This document shows positions 38,973 to 51,488 of a DNA stretch of 64,000 nucleotides, one piece after another; position 1 is the first letter of the stretch, and every line of letters begins with the position of its first letter. Source of the stretch: Octopus vulgaris (taxonomy: Eukaryota); NCBI GenBank assembly GCA_951406725.2, contig OX597822.1, forward strand, positions 110,670,001 through 110,734,000, given 5' to 3'. The notes beneath the pieces are model-generated. The model made no database searches, was not told where the DNA came from, and saw nothing but the letters and a program-made list of their open reading frames with translations. The position numbers were made by a program, and so were the translations under genes.

Positions 38973-39260
38973 ATAGTTATCGCCATACTTATATGGCAGT
39001 CTTATAAATATAAGACTAAAGCTGTCGCTGATTAGCTGTCTGACTGACAGGATGAAGCGACTGACCTCCCCTGTTCGAAGGTTTATAATGGACGCATGTT
39101 GTGTGTCAAATAGCTAGCTGAGGCGGTGGCCTCTTGGAGCTAATCAGCGACAGCTTTAGTCTTATATTTATAAGACTGCCATATAAGTATGGCGATAACT
39201 ATTAATTTCCAGTAACGCTAAGTCTCCTTTAGAGAGACTCAGTAATTTTAATATTTCTAT
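38973..39260. mobile_element. (TA)n-flanked insertion with perfect 65-bp inverted arms
   Basis: 38973-39037 vs 39138-39202 exact reverse complements. Confidence 0.65.
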
Positions 39261-39299
39261 TATATATATATATATATAATATATATATGTGTATATATA

Positions 39300-39838
39300 C
39301 TAGCTGAATATCTCGTCGATGCTACGCAGATTTTACACTAGAATGTCTTATATAATTTTTGTTTATATCTTGCCCGACAGATAGGCCTCTTGATTAGGAC
39401 AGAGTTTTCACCAAAAATCTTCGTTGAGGAGTTTTTTCCCTTCTAGATTATTTACATGAATGTTCGACCGTTTCATATAAATTGTTCATTAAAACTTCAA
39501 ACGTTCTTACAACTTTGGTTGTCGTAATGCTTTGCTTTCGTTTGTTTAATAAAAATTTGTCCTCCTACTTTTACTTTCATTTTTTCACAGAGATATATCA
39601 TGTAGAAAATGCCAGCTTCAAAATCCTGTTTTATGATTAGGTAAAACTGATTAAAATTTAAGCCTTAGTAATAGTTTTCTGCAATTTTTTTGGAACAAAT
39701 AAATAACAAAATTGAATTTAACGTAAACAATTATTTCACTATACCAAATTTGAAAATTTTGATGTAATATTAAAAGCTCACAATATGTGACAGCAACAGG
39801 GAAGATCCTACAAATGTAGGGAGACAGACAGTTATAGG

Positions 39839-39840
<2 letters not shown>
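39300..39840 (-). mobile_element. Probable decayed non-autonomous Helitron
   Basis: A-CTAG at 39299-39303 followed by a hairpin remnant (reverse of a Helitron 3' end); distal boundary uncertain. Confidence 0.4.
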
Positions 39841-39907
<67 letters not shown>

Positions 39908-39924
39908 ACACACACACACACACA
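39841..39924. repeat. (CT)n(CA)n microsatellite
   Basis: Visible. Confidence 0.98.
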
Positions 39925-41334
39925 GAGTTACAAAAGTACGCACAGGTTATTACGAGTTTGAAATGTGTATAGTTGACATATGTATAGCAGATCATGTTGA
40001 TACATCAGTGGATGCACATTGAATAAGTTCAGCATCGCTGGAGACATGATTTATGTGGCAGAGGTCACTCATGTATACTTTGATGTCATATGTAAAATGA
40101 CCACATCAAATTTGTTTATGTTTCGAGATTATAACGAGTCGCTCCACGTGCCAGAAATCCACTGAATTTGTTTTAAATTACACTCAAGAAATTTTGAAAA
40201 TAGAAACAAATATTAGGTAATGTAGACTGAGTTCTTGTACATTTAAACCGACAAAGTTGTCATGGAATCGTACATTAATTGGATGAGAATTTACTGAAGA
40301 CTTAAAACATTAAGCAAATAAATACAGCCCCGCCCCACAAAACTGGGAAGTTTAAGAGTTCATAAAAATGAATTGCTTAGAACAATGAAACATTTAGTAT
40401 TTCAATGCTCTCCACTACATTCATAACTTAGTAAAGCGTATCTTTAGTAATATTTTTCTTTACTGCCCAAAGGGGGCTAAACATAGAGGGAACAAACAAG
40501 GACAGACAAAGGGATAAAGTCGATTACATTGACCACAGTGCGAAACTGGTACTTTATTTATCGCCCCCGAAATGATGAAAGGCAAAAGCAACGATATTAG
40601 TACTAAGTCGAAAAAGCAAAATTGCTTCTTTGGTGACTGAATTAACATTGTTTAAATCAAGTCAGTCTCATATATTGATTTACTGCTTAGATTTACAGAA
40701 GCTATTTTAACGTAAATTTCACTGACTAGCGCAGCTGTATTGTTAACAAAACAGAGTTTATGTAAATATCAATAATACAGATTGTCGTATAAGTCTTTAA
40801 CACTCATTACAACAGGGTACGTAACATATTCTTGAGGTACAAAGTTATTCAGTTCTAGGTTCTGTGACCTAAACTGTATGTAATACTTATTATATTCTTA
40901 GACATATACAAAGTGTCTCACGGCATCACGAAAATCTCTTTCGTCTAGAGATATTTACGAATGTTATTTGAATTTGAGTAGGGAGTATGAAACCATGTTG
41001 TATGGAAGTTAGATGAAAATCCTTACAGCTGAGTGACCTTTCTTGAAGCCATCAAGATGATAGTATGATATTGAATTACACATTTTATAAGATGCTTCAA
41101 AAATGATGAGTCTCGGTGTTATTGACGTGTGTAATATACACATGTATGTATATACGTATATAAATACGTCGTGTGTCTGAGTGTATGTGTATGTATATAT
41201 TTATGTATGTACATATCTTTCATCTTTTACCTGTTTCAGTCATTAGACCGTGATATATATATATATATATATATCAATGTATGTATTTGTATGTGTATAT
41301 ATATATATATGCATATCTGTTTGTATATGTATAT

Positions 41335-41396
<62 letters not shown>

Positions 41397-41562
41397 GATG
41401 AGATAAAATCTTTATAAGAGGTTATCAAGTAGTTAGCGTGAAAATATCATAAGAGAAAAAAACCATCAATTTTTTTCTTTTTCTTTCTTGATAAATTCTT
41501 ATAAAGATTTAATCCTATTTTCAAATTAAAAATTTAATCGGAGTATATTCAATAATGAATAC

Positions 41563-41605
<43 letters not shown>

Positions 41606-41676
41606 TATACAAACACACACAGTCACAGACACACACACATGCACACACAAACACACAAACACACATACACACACAC

Positions 41677-41708
<32 letters not shown>

Positions 41709-41715
41709 TTATAAA

Positions 41716-41930
41716 TACGAGGGGAATCAAATATTATCCGCACTTTCGCTATAACATATCTATATTAGTGTCAAACTGTCTTCTGCGCATGCGAGCTTAT
41801 AGATGATACTATTGCGGTCATGTGGTCGAAGTGTCAGCCATTGTTCCTTCTGGCTTTGTGTAAAGCATGCCCTGTCCACTAATAACGTGCAACAAAGAGC
41901 AGTGATCCGAGAAATGGCTATGGTAAACCG
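41716..41930 (+). mobile_element. Mariner 5' remnant
   Basis: TA-CGAGGGG TIR-like start and QRAVIR transposase N-terminal motif near 41890. Confidence 0.6.
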
Positions 41931-42649
41931 GTTCACTATTACCATCTTCGAGCTTGCTAAGTCTTCTCGCATGTGGTGGAGGCCGGCAGGCGTCGCTTTG
42001 TGTCATTCAATGTAACTTCAGTTCACTCAGTTAGTAAAAATGAGTAATCTTGTGACGGAGCGGCGTCCCGTCGGGGTGGGGGGGGGTATATGCGCCAAGA
42101 GAACCGGAATACCGGCCTTATGTGTCTATATGACTCGGTAATGGTTTTTATACTCTTTTTTAATCCTATTTTGCACAGTAGTTCCGCTGCTATTTCTTAT
42201 ATCACTTTCGTAATTATATCAGCCTCATACATGTTCTTTCCCTCTTACGAATAAGGAAACTTATATATCCGACATCATTCAAATGTTCTCGATTAAATAG
42301 TTTAAGATAGTTCACGCGTATTACAGACCAAAACGGAAATATTTAAGAATAAGAAAATTGCTAGTATTAAGTATTTGTTCTTCGTTCAATTTATGTTGAT
42401 TAATTACGATCTAACATTCTATTCTAGCATGATTTTGTGACTGGACAACGCAGAATACATTTTTGGCGTCTATTATCAGTGTCCTTGTTATACTAACTGT
42501 TTCATGTAATGCCACTCTAAATTAACTGACAACCCGTAGTTGCAAGTTATAAAGTTTTAAGTCAACATTAAAATTATATGATATACAAAGTTCCATTTTG
42601 TAAGCTGATACCTTCGTTTGCTCTGAATGAGAAAAGTATAGTTTAACAT

Positions 42650-44397
42650 AGGGGTCGCTGTATGGTACATAGCTTGCATACTCTCGACGCATGCGCCGTT
42701 AGCTTTCAGCTATTTCTACTGTGTCTGTCACGTCGCTTTGCGCTGCGTGAATAAGAGAAATAAAAGAGACTGGCTACAGGTAAAACGTTTTGGTTTTTGA
42801 GTTCGGTGGGGATTTATTGTTGTGTTATTTTTAATAGACACCTGCTGAACTCTAAACGTTTTTGCCCGCCTGTGGTCAATTTAAGCCACTCTTTGGGTGG
42901 GATAAATGTACACACATTTTAGTGAGTTAAAAGTTATTTTGGTGGGCGTATCTCGCCAACAAAATGTTGTTTCTGTAACTGGTTTGATAAAATTCCTGCC
43001 TTGGAGTATGTGGTTTGTTGTGGTTCCTGCTACGGAGTACCCGGTTTTGCTGTTGCTACCAAGTTCCAGTTTGGCTCAAAAGTACCCGTGGCCGGAAGAG
43101 TGTGTTCGTCATGTATTTTTGTTTTGCTTTTCCTGAACTGTTTTCTCCTCTGTTTACTTCAAAGACTCTTTTTAAACTATCTCTGTGGACGGTCTGTTTG
43201 TTTTTTTGTGACATGACGAACAACAAGAACAACAAGAAAAGCACTGCTTTGGAGTAGAAGATTATCCCACCCAAAGAGTGGCTTAAACAGCAAATGGAGA
43301 AGGCGGTGGTGTTCAGAACGTACTCGAAAGTTCTCCACGCCATTGCCGTTTCTCCAAGCAGGAAATTGAAAAGGAGTTCGCAGATTATCTGCCAACTGCG
43401 ATGTTTATTGCCCGAGGAGTCGGATATGCAACGATTTGGTTGCTATTTGACTTGCCGGAGAAGGCTCGTATTTTTGCGAGCCAGCCATTGGAGAGCAATA
43501 AAATTTTATTTATTCTCACGTATTGTGGGAGGAAATTGACGAGGGCTTGGGTCTGCGGGCTGCCACCCAATATATAAGCAGGGTGGATAGAGGACATTAT
43601 CTGCCGGAGTCTGGGTGGCAGCAGCGAGAAGCTCCTCAGTATAAAGCTGTTACCGGTGGCTGATTGGGTCGGGTCAAAAGTGGTTTTGACCTTGTGCACC
43701 CAATCAGCAAATAATTCATCTTTCCGGACTGTGCCTGGAACCTGGCCATATAAAAAAGAACTGCCCCCAGGACCAAAGCAAAGTCCTGGAGCAGTTAGTT
43801 GGTATCTTTCTAGAAGAGGGAAGGGATGCGCATGCTTCTTCACAGAAGGAGGTGAGCAACAAGGGTTGATCACCGAGGGATCTTAGGGCCGAGGGTGGGG
43901 AGGTGGATCTCCCGGTTACGGAGGAAACCCACCCTTCCTCCGTAAGAAAGAAAAAAGAGGAGGAAAAAGAAAAATGGTACAGTGCCGGCAGTCGGTAACA
44001 CAATACCGGCATGTCCCGGAACTTCGTCGGTGGGAATTGTGCCACCGACGGGTGAAGAGCCATCGTCGGTGAGAATTGTGCCACCGACTGTGGAAGTGTC
44101 TACCCCGCCCCCTAAAGGAGAAGAATTACTTGTCTTCTACAGGGGTGGGGAGGTGGAGAAGGTGATGGAAAAGCACCAACAAGGAGTAGTTCTGGCTTGC
44201 ACACGAGATCCTGAATGGCCTCCGCAGATAGCTGTGGAGGTCATAAAGGTGCCCGTGGTGGAAAGGCTGAAGGAACTCAGAGAGGAGTATCGCTTATGGC
44301 CGGGTGGCATCGACATGGCACACGCTTTATGCTTGAGTGAGGCGTGGGAAATGGCAGGCTGCTTTATGTCATGCCCCTGTGGCAAATTGTATGAAAG
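42650..44397 (+). mobile_element. Decayed retroelement 5' region and Gag/ORF1-like pseudo-ORF (about 43213-44397)
   Basis: GC-rich; RRM-like AWVCGLPPNI; zinc knuckle (S)GLCLEPGHIKKNCP with the first Cys lost; stops and frameshifts; cut off by a SINE; no RT seen. Confidence 0.55.
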
Positions 44398-44842
44398 TAG
44401 CTTGCTTGCCAACCACCTACTTTTGGGTTCAGTCCCACTGCATGACACCTTGGGCAAGTGGCTTCTACTATAGACTCGGGCGACCAAAGACTTGTGAGTG
44501 GATTTGGTAGATGGAAACTGAAAGAAGCCTGTCGTATATATGCATATATATATATACATATATATGTGTGTGTGTGTGCGTGTGTGTGTGAGTGTGTGTG
44601 TGTGTCTGTGTGTGTGTGTGTGTTTGTGTCTTTGTGTTTGCCTCCCCCCACCACCACTTACATCGTTTGACAACCGATGCTGGTATGTTTACGTTCCCAT
44701 AACTTAGCGGTTCGGTAAATTAAACTGATAGAATAACTACTAGGCTTACAAACAATAAGTCCTGGGGACGATTTAGTCGACTAAAGGCGGTGCTCCAGCA
44801 TGGTTGCAGTTAAATCACTGAAACATGTAAAAGAATAAAGAG
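44398..44842 (+). mobile_element. SINE family B, slightly 5'-truncated
   Basis: Matches the reverse complement of 18231-18615. Confidence 0.88.
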
Positions 44843-46085
44843 TATAGTTATTGCTGAGAATTCATGCTTGCTATTATATGGAATATGTGGTGTTACTTAA
44901 TTTTCTCTGTCAAGAGCCTTGACACTTGACATTAATAATTGGTTTCACGTTTTTGGCACCATGGCAGCAATTTCGGTAGTGGGGGCTCGGTCCATTACCT
45001 CCACCTTAGTGATCAACTGGTGTTTAATATCTTATCGATCCCGAAACTATGAAAGGAAAAGTCGACCCCGGTGGCATCTGAACACACACACTGTATATAA
45101 ATTACTGAAAATATGATATACGTTTCATGGACCCCCGTTCCATTTTTATAAATTACAGAGGGGATCGATAAAACCTTTGAAAACTGTAAATTCTCTGTTA
45201 TTAATTAAAAGAGTCAACTGATATTGTACTGAAGCGTCGATGAAGTGAAGATTTGTTCCACACAAAATAAATCGTATCTGCTTCATTGTACAGTTTTTTT
45301 TAGAGAATGCATAGAAATACCGCAGCGAAAATGTTCTGAAATATCAAACAGCTGCCTGCGAATAAACAGGGGTTAAATACTGAAACAAAAATCTGATAAA
45401 ACATTAAAATTTAATATAGAAAAGAAAATAGCTTGCTTTTAAGCGTTTTACTAAAATCATTTTTAAAAATAACTGCAAGGTTTAGCTCTCTATCAAAGGA
45501 AGCAAACAAGAAACCAATAATAAAGAAACTTCAAATTTCAAGAAGAAATCAACTGATCTTTTTCAATAAATACTGCCTGACAGGTATGAGAGGCTGTCCT
45601 TTGAGGACGTTGGTTGCAAGAAGTGAGAGAAAAACTATGTATTGGCCCGGCGTATTTTCGGTTGATACACACTAAATGGCTGAAATCAAAATCTTTTCTC
45701 AGTAATCCTGTAATAAGCATGATGCCCTAGGACACTGGAAAAACTTAACAGAGAAATAACATTAGATGTTCTTTATAAATTAAAATTAAAAGTATTTTAC
45801 TTGTTAAATTTATCAGCCTTTCTCGAATAGAGTATCATCAATTAATTAACTAATATAGTTATCAAATTCTCAGGAACATTATGGATGGAGGATGGTTGTA
45901 ACTAATGAAACAGCTGTTTGCAAACATAGGGGAATCTCATGTAGAAGATGTAAAATTACATACAGAATTTAATAAATTACGAAATAGTTTGTCTTTAAGT
46001 TATATTACTAGGTGTGAGAAAACCGTCCCGTTAAAGTATCACACCATTGGGAAAAGAAGAAAGAGACAAAAGAATACTAGCAAAC

Positions 46086-46125
<40 letters not shown>

Positions 46126-46342
46126 GTAGGGAATATAATTCCAAACTTACAGGGAAAAATTCAATTTAGCAATATTAAAGCAGATTTCTCAGTATTTATG
46201 TATATAATTTAGAGTGAAACCTCTATTAAATAATTCAATAGTGAAAGATGTTATTCACAACATATAGAAAACATATACTCTAAAAACCTTATTCTAAAAA
46301 TCAGTAAATTGCATAAACAATACATAGTAAGAAGTAGTAAAA

Positions 46343-46462
46343 AGACAACACGCGTTTCGTGGCTATATTTTGAAATAGATAATAATCATAAAATCAATTC
46401 GATTTAAAATTAAATCGATCTAAAATTAATTCTATTTAAAAATATAGTCACTCATCAGGTCT
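46343..46462 (-). ncRNA. Degenerate type I hammerhead with very long AT-rich stem II, inside a (TA)n-flanked Penelope-like insertion (46122-46735)
   Basis: Minus: agac CTGATGA gtgactatatttt...aaaatatagccac GAAA cgc GTG ttgtct; palindromic ACGCGT stem III; GUG site and offset stem I suggest inactivity. Confidence 0.6.
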
Positions 46463-46464
46463 AA

Positions 46465-46549
<85 letters not shown>

Positions 46550-46743
46550 GAATAAATGTACGTATCTTAACTTATACTAATTATCAAACAGATATAGAAA
46601 AATACATATGATAAATATTAATAATCGAAAAACATTTAACAATATTTCTTTAAAAAATGTATAACCATTTACTGTTATTTATTGTTTACGTGATTTATTG
46701 ATTGTTACAATAAGGTTTTTCTCTAAATTATATACATATACAT

Positions 46744-46776
<33 letters not shown>

Positions 46777-46995
46777 TACACACACACACACACACATACA
46801 CACACACATATATATATATATATATCATGGATGGTTGGTTGCTGACAAACTTTTCCGCTTTATAAGGATGTTTTATCTAGAGTCTGCTGCTCTATCAGTG
46901 TTTATGCGTTTGAAAATAAATTATCATCTTATTCTTATCTCACAATGCATATTTCAACGCTTATAAGACAAACACTGGTCTGTTTACACTTCTCG

Positions 46996-47061
<66 letters not shown>

Positions 47062-47173
47062 TACACACAAATTACACTAATTTTGACAAGGTCGTTAAAA
47101 AGCACCTACATTGCTAGAAATATGAGCTAAATTGTTCTAATGCTGTCGTTCATGCATATGAATGAAAGCATAT

Positions 47174-47355
47174 ACACTAACAGGGAATATAATCGTCCTA
47201 AAAGTGCTGATAGAGAATGCTTAATACTGACACGTCAATTTCAGCAATCTCCGTTGCCTCATCAGTTAAGACAGCTCGACTGTTCGCCTCTTTCCGGACT
47301 CGCTTCGCCATTAGTATTCATGTTTTCGTCAACCAAGTAAGTGGATGACGACGAC

Positions 47356-47425
<70 letters not shown>

Positions 47426-47617
47426 CACACACACATTAGCGAATCATTAAATCATCCAAAGATTTGAACAGCGAAAACAAACACTAATGGCAAAACGAGT
47501 TTGGAGAGAGCCGAATAGTCGAGCTGTCTTAACGCAACGGAAATTGCTGAAACTGGCGTGTCAGTATTAAAAATTCTCGATCGGTACCTTTCGCACGATG
47601 ATGGTCCGTGTTAGTGT
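47174..47617. mobile_element. Diverged tail-out inverted pair around a (TA)n tract
   Basis: About 47174-47350 vs 47448-47617 inverted. Confidence 0.75.
47221..47269 (-). ncRNA. Type I hammerhead ribozyme
   Basis: Minus: ttaa CTGATGA ggcaa cggaga ttgct GAAA ttgacgtgtca GTA ttaa. Confidence 0.78.
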
Positions 47618-48042
47618 TACCAAACCGTGCAAACATGCTGTGGATAGAAAAGTCGAAGTCTGCCTTGTCCTCGACTTTTCTATTGCAAGGGTTTTTATTA
47701 AATTTATATTTACAGTCAATTATTTACTGTTTTCTACTACGACTTCAAATTTAAAGGGTTAATGTATTTTCAAACGTAGAACATTTTTAGTGGCTGTAAC
47801 TGTCTCGTAAAAGCAATTCTGCTTAGAGGCAATGTGTATGCGAACATTTCGAGCTAAGCAATGATTGACATTATTGAACCATAGGACTCGTATTTTTGTA
47901 TCGTTACGTTTCCTCAGATGATAATCAGTTTTTACCAATAAATAAGAGACCAGAGATCTGGCACTGAGTAAATAAATAACTATGGTGCTAGTAATAAGAA
48001 AGCGATGCTAGTTGGATCCATTGCGTTTTATAGTGTTATCAT

Positions 48043-51000
48043 TGTAGGACCAGGTGCGACACCTGACCCGTGTGTGTGGAAAAGACCGATGGGGCCCATG
48101 CAATTTAATGCACGGAGTGTTAGGAGGGTTGGAATGCGTGAGGACTATATGGTGAGGAAAATTGAGAGTGTCCTTGAAGCATGAGGTAGATCGTTCATGA
48201 AATGGAGTTTGGAAATGGCAGCGTTTAAGTAGGGGAAAATGTCTCAGTGGGCATCATTATGGAAGACAAATTACTAGAGTGGAAGGGGTAATGGGATAGA
48301 AAAACCACCAAAGGGGATGGGTAAACAGTCAAGAGGGATGGGCAAACAATCAAAGAAGATTGGTAAACAGTCCAAGTGGAGGGACATTGTGTAAGCGCAG
48401 AGACGCGATGAATGTTATAGCGGAGCCAGGAGCTGAATTGGTGAGCGAAAACAACGGTGCATCCTTCACTACGAACTTGAGGATGCCATTTACTAAAGCT
48501 GCGTGTCCTGGTAACTCCCCAAGAACGGTTACATTTTATGAGTACCTCCTTGCCCTCTGTGGTTATGCATCGCTGGGGAGTTGAGACCAGTTTGTGAAGT
48601 GCTTCAACAAGTGGATCGATGAACGAATTCGTGCCGAGAAAGAGTAGTCGATTAAAGAAAGCGAGCGTCCAAGGCAAACAAAGCTGACTCACACCGACGG
48701 GCGAAACGATATCTTTACACCAACACAACCAATATCAGAGACTCTACGGTACGAGCAGAACGAAGACACTGATATCTATTCTAGTTGAGGATATGCAGGG
48801 TCAGTACCCAATAGCGATGTCTGAAATAGTATCTTTCTGCAAAGGTAGGCTCTTGTGCCCCGGACCTGAGGTTGACCTCAGCAACTATCCTCCTTAGTAA
48901 ACAACGTTCTACTCTTAAAGCCGTTCATCTTGGAGGAGATCGAAATCGCCCACCGGTGCAGGAAGTCTGCTTCTGTCGCCTGTTCGGATGGCTTCACGTC
49001 TCTCGCAGGAAGTCTGCTTCTGTCGCCTGTTCGGATGGCTTCACGTCTCTCGCATGAAGTCTACTTATGTCGCCTGTTCGGATGGCTTCACGTCTCCCGC
49101 ATGAAGTCTGCTTCTGTCGCCTGTTCGGATGGCTTCACGTCTCCCGCATGAAGTCTGCTTCTGTCGCCTGTTCGGATGGCTTCACGTCTCTCGCATGAAG
49201 TCTACTTATGTCGCCTGTTCGGATGGCTTCACGTCTCCCGCATGAAGTCTGCTTCTGTCGCCTGTTCGGATGGCTTCACGTCTCCCGCATGAAGTCTGCT
49301 TCTGTCGCCTGTTCGGATGGCTTCACGTCTCTCGCATGAAGTCTGCTTATCGCCTGTTCGGATGGCTTCACGTCTCCCGCATGAAGTCTGCTTCTGTCGC
49401 CTGTTCGGATGGCTTCACGTCTCCCGCATGAAGTCTGCTTCTGTCGCCTGTTCGGATGGCTTCACGTCTCCCGCATGAAGTCTGCTTCTGTCGCCTGTTC
49501 GGATGGCTTCCGTCTCTCGCATGAAGTCTACTTATGTCGCCTGTTCGGATGGCTTCACGTCTCTCGCATGAAGCCTGCTTCTGTCGCCTGTTCGGATGGC
49601 TTCACGTCTCCCGCATGAAGTCTGCTTCTGTCGCCTGTTCGGATGGCTTCACGTCTCCCGCATGAAGTCTGCTTCTGTCGCCTGTTCGGATGGCTTCACG
49701 TCTCCCGCATGAAGTCTGCTTCTGTCGCCTGTTCGGATGGCTTCACGTCTCTCGCATGAAGTCTGCTTATGTCGCCTGTTCGGATGGCTTCACGTCTCCC
49801 GCATGAAGTCTGCTTCTGTCGCCTGTTCGGATGGCTTCACGTCTCCCGCATGAAGTCTGCTTCTGTCGCCTATTCGGATGGCTTCCCGTCTCTCGCATGA
49901 AGTCTGCTTATGTCGCCTGTTCGGATGGCTTCACGTCTCCCGCATGAAGTCTGCTTCTGTCGCCTGTTCGGATGGCTTCACGTCTCCCGCATGAAGTCTG
50001 CTTCTGTCGCCTGTTCGGATGGCTTCACGTCTCTCGCATGAAGTCTACTTATGTCGCCTGTTCGGATGGCTTCACGTCTCCCGCATGAAGTCTGCTTCTG
50101 TCGCCTGTTCGGATGGCTTCACGTCTCCCGCATGAAGTCTGCTTCTGTCGCCTGTTCGGATGGCTTCACGTCTCCCGCATGAAGTCTGCTTCTGTCGCCT
50201 GTTCGGATGGCTTCCCGTCTCTCGCATGAAGTCTACTTATGTCGCCTGTTCGGATGGCTTCACGTCTCTCGCATGAAGTCTACTTCTGTCGCCTGTTCGG
50301 ATGGCTTCACGTCTCCCGCATGAAGTCTGCTTCTGTCGCCTGTTCGGATGGCTTCCCGTCTCTCGCATGAAGTCTACTTATGTCGCCTGTTCGGATGGCT
50401 TCACGTCTCTCGCATGAAGTCTGCTTCTGTCGCCTGTTCGGATGGATTCACGTCTCTCGCATGAAGTCTACTTATGTCGCCTGTTCGGATGGCTTCACGT
50501 CTCTCGCATGAAGCCTGCTTCTGTCGCCTGTTCGGATGGCTTCACGTCTCCCGCATGAAGTCTGCTTCTGTCGCCTGTTCGGATGGCTTCCCGTCTCTCG
50601 CATGAAGTCTACTTATGTCGCCTGTTCGGATGGCTTCACGTCTCGCGCATGAAGTCTGCTTCTGTCGCCTGTTCTGATGGATTCACGTCTCTCGCATGAA
50701 GTCTACTTATGTCGCCTGTTCGGATGGCTTCACGTCTCTCGCATGAAGCCTGCTTCTGTCGCCTGTTCGGATGGCTTCACGTCTCCCGCATGAAGTCTGC
50801 TTCTGTCGCCTGTTCGGATGGCTTCCCGTCTCTCGCATGAAGTCTACTTATGTCGCCTGTTCGGATGGCTTCACGTCTCTCGCATGAAGTCTGCTTCTGT
50901 CGCCTGTTCGGATGGCTTCACGTCTCTCGCATGAAGTCTACTTATGTCGTCTGTTCGGATGGCTTCACGTCTCTCGCATGAAGCCTGCTTCTGTCGCCTC

Positions 51001-51175
51001 TTCGGATGGCTTCCCGTCTCTCGAAGTCAAGTCCATAGATCCTGCTCGCTCTCGTGCACATGCACGTCTTCGTCCTTGTAATCGTGGGGCACCCTCATGC
51101 TCGTGTTCGCGCTCGCATCCGCCTCCATCCAGCCAACAACGGATCCCCAAACTGCCTGTTGTCTATTCTCCTATA
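48043..51175. mobile_element. GC-rich element, possibly LTR-like, containing the 47-bp array
   Basis: Sharp GC boundaries; termini TGTAGGA...TCCTATA; no matching TSD. Confidence 0.35.
48962..51028. repeat. 47-bp minisatellite, about 44 copies (GAAGTCTGCTTCTGTCGCCTGTTCGGATGGCTTCACGTCTCYCGCAT)
   Basis: Period 47 (49621 to 49668); no spacers. Confidence 0.97.
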
Positions 51176-51488
51176 AACGTACACACACACTCGCACATAC
51201 ACACCACAAACATACACACACACACACACATGTATATCTATTTGTTCATATACTTATAAGTAAGTGAATGAATACAAAAAGAATACTTTGTATCATAGAA
51301 CGATATTAATTAAATAAAAATACATTGACTTCATGTTTATGCAAGTATTCCTGCCGTTTATTCATACTCAGTAACTCACATTTCATGATATGTAGGCATA
51401 TTTTGTGTGCAAGTTTTCATCAATGTAGATTTTGTTTTCCGATCTCCCTTTGCATTTTAATTGTTATACAAACCAATTAGAACGTTAC

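Noticed and set aside
41392-41556. Ribozyme in a short (TA)n-flanked inverted repeat
   Set aside because: About 24-bp inverted arms are present but no CTGANGA core; too decayed to call.
1087-47130. Numerous ORFs rich in YI, HT, CV, poly-N or poly-I
   Set aside because: They are translations of stop-free di- and trinucleotide microsatellites.
48360-48584. Integrase fragment (LVSENNGASFTT resembling SDNG..F)
   Set aside because: A single short motif with no other integrase signature.
48962-51028. CRISPR array
   Set aside because: Units are contiguous with no unique spacers, there are no cas genes, and the context is eukaryotic.
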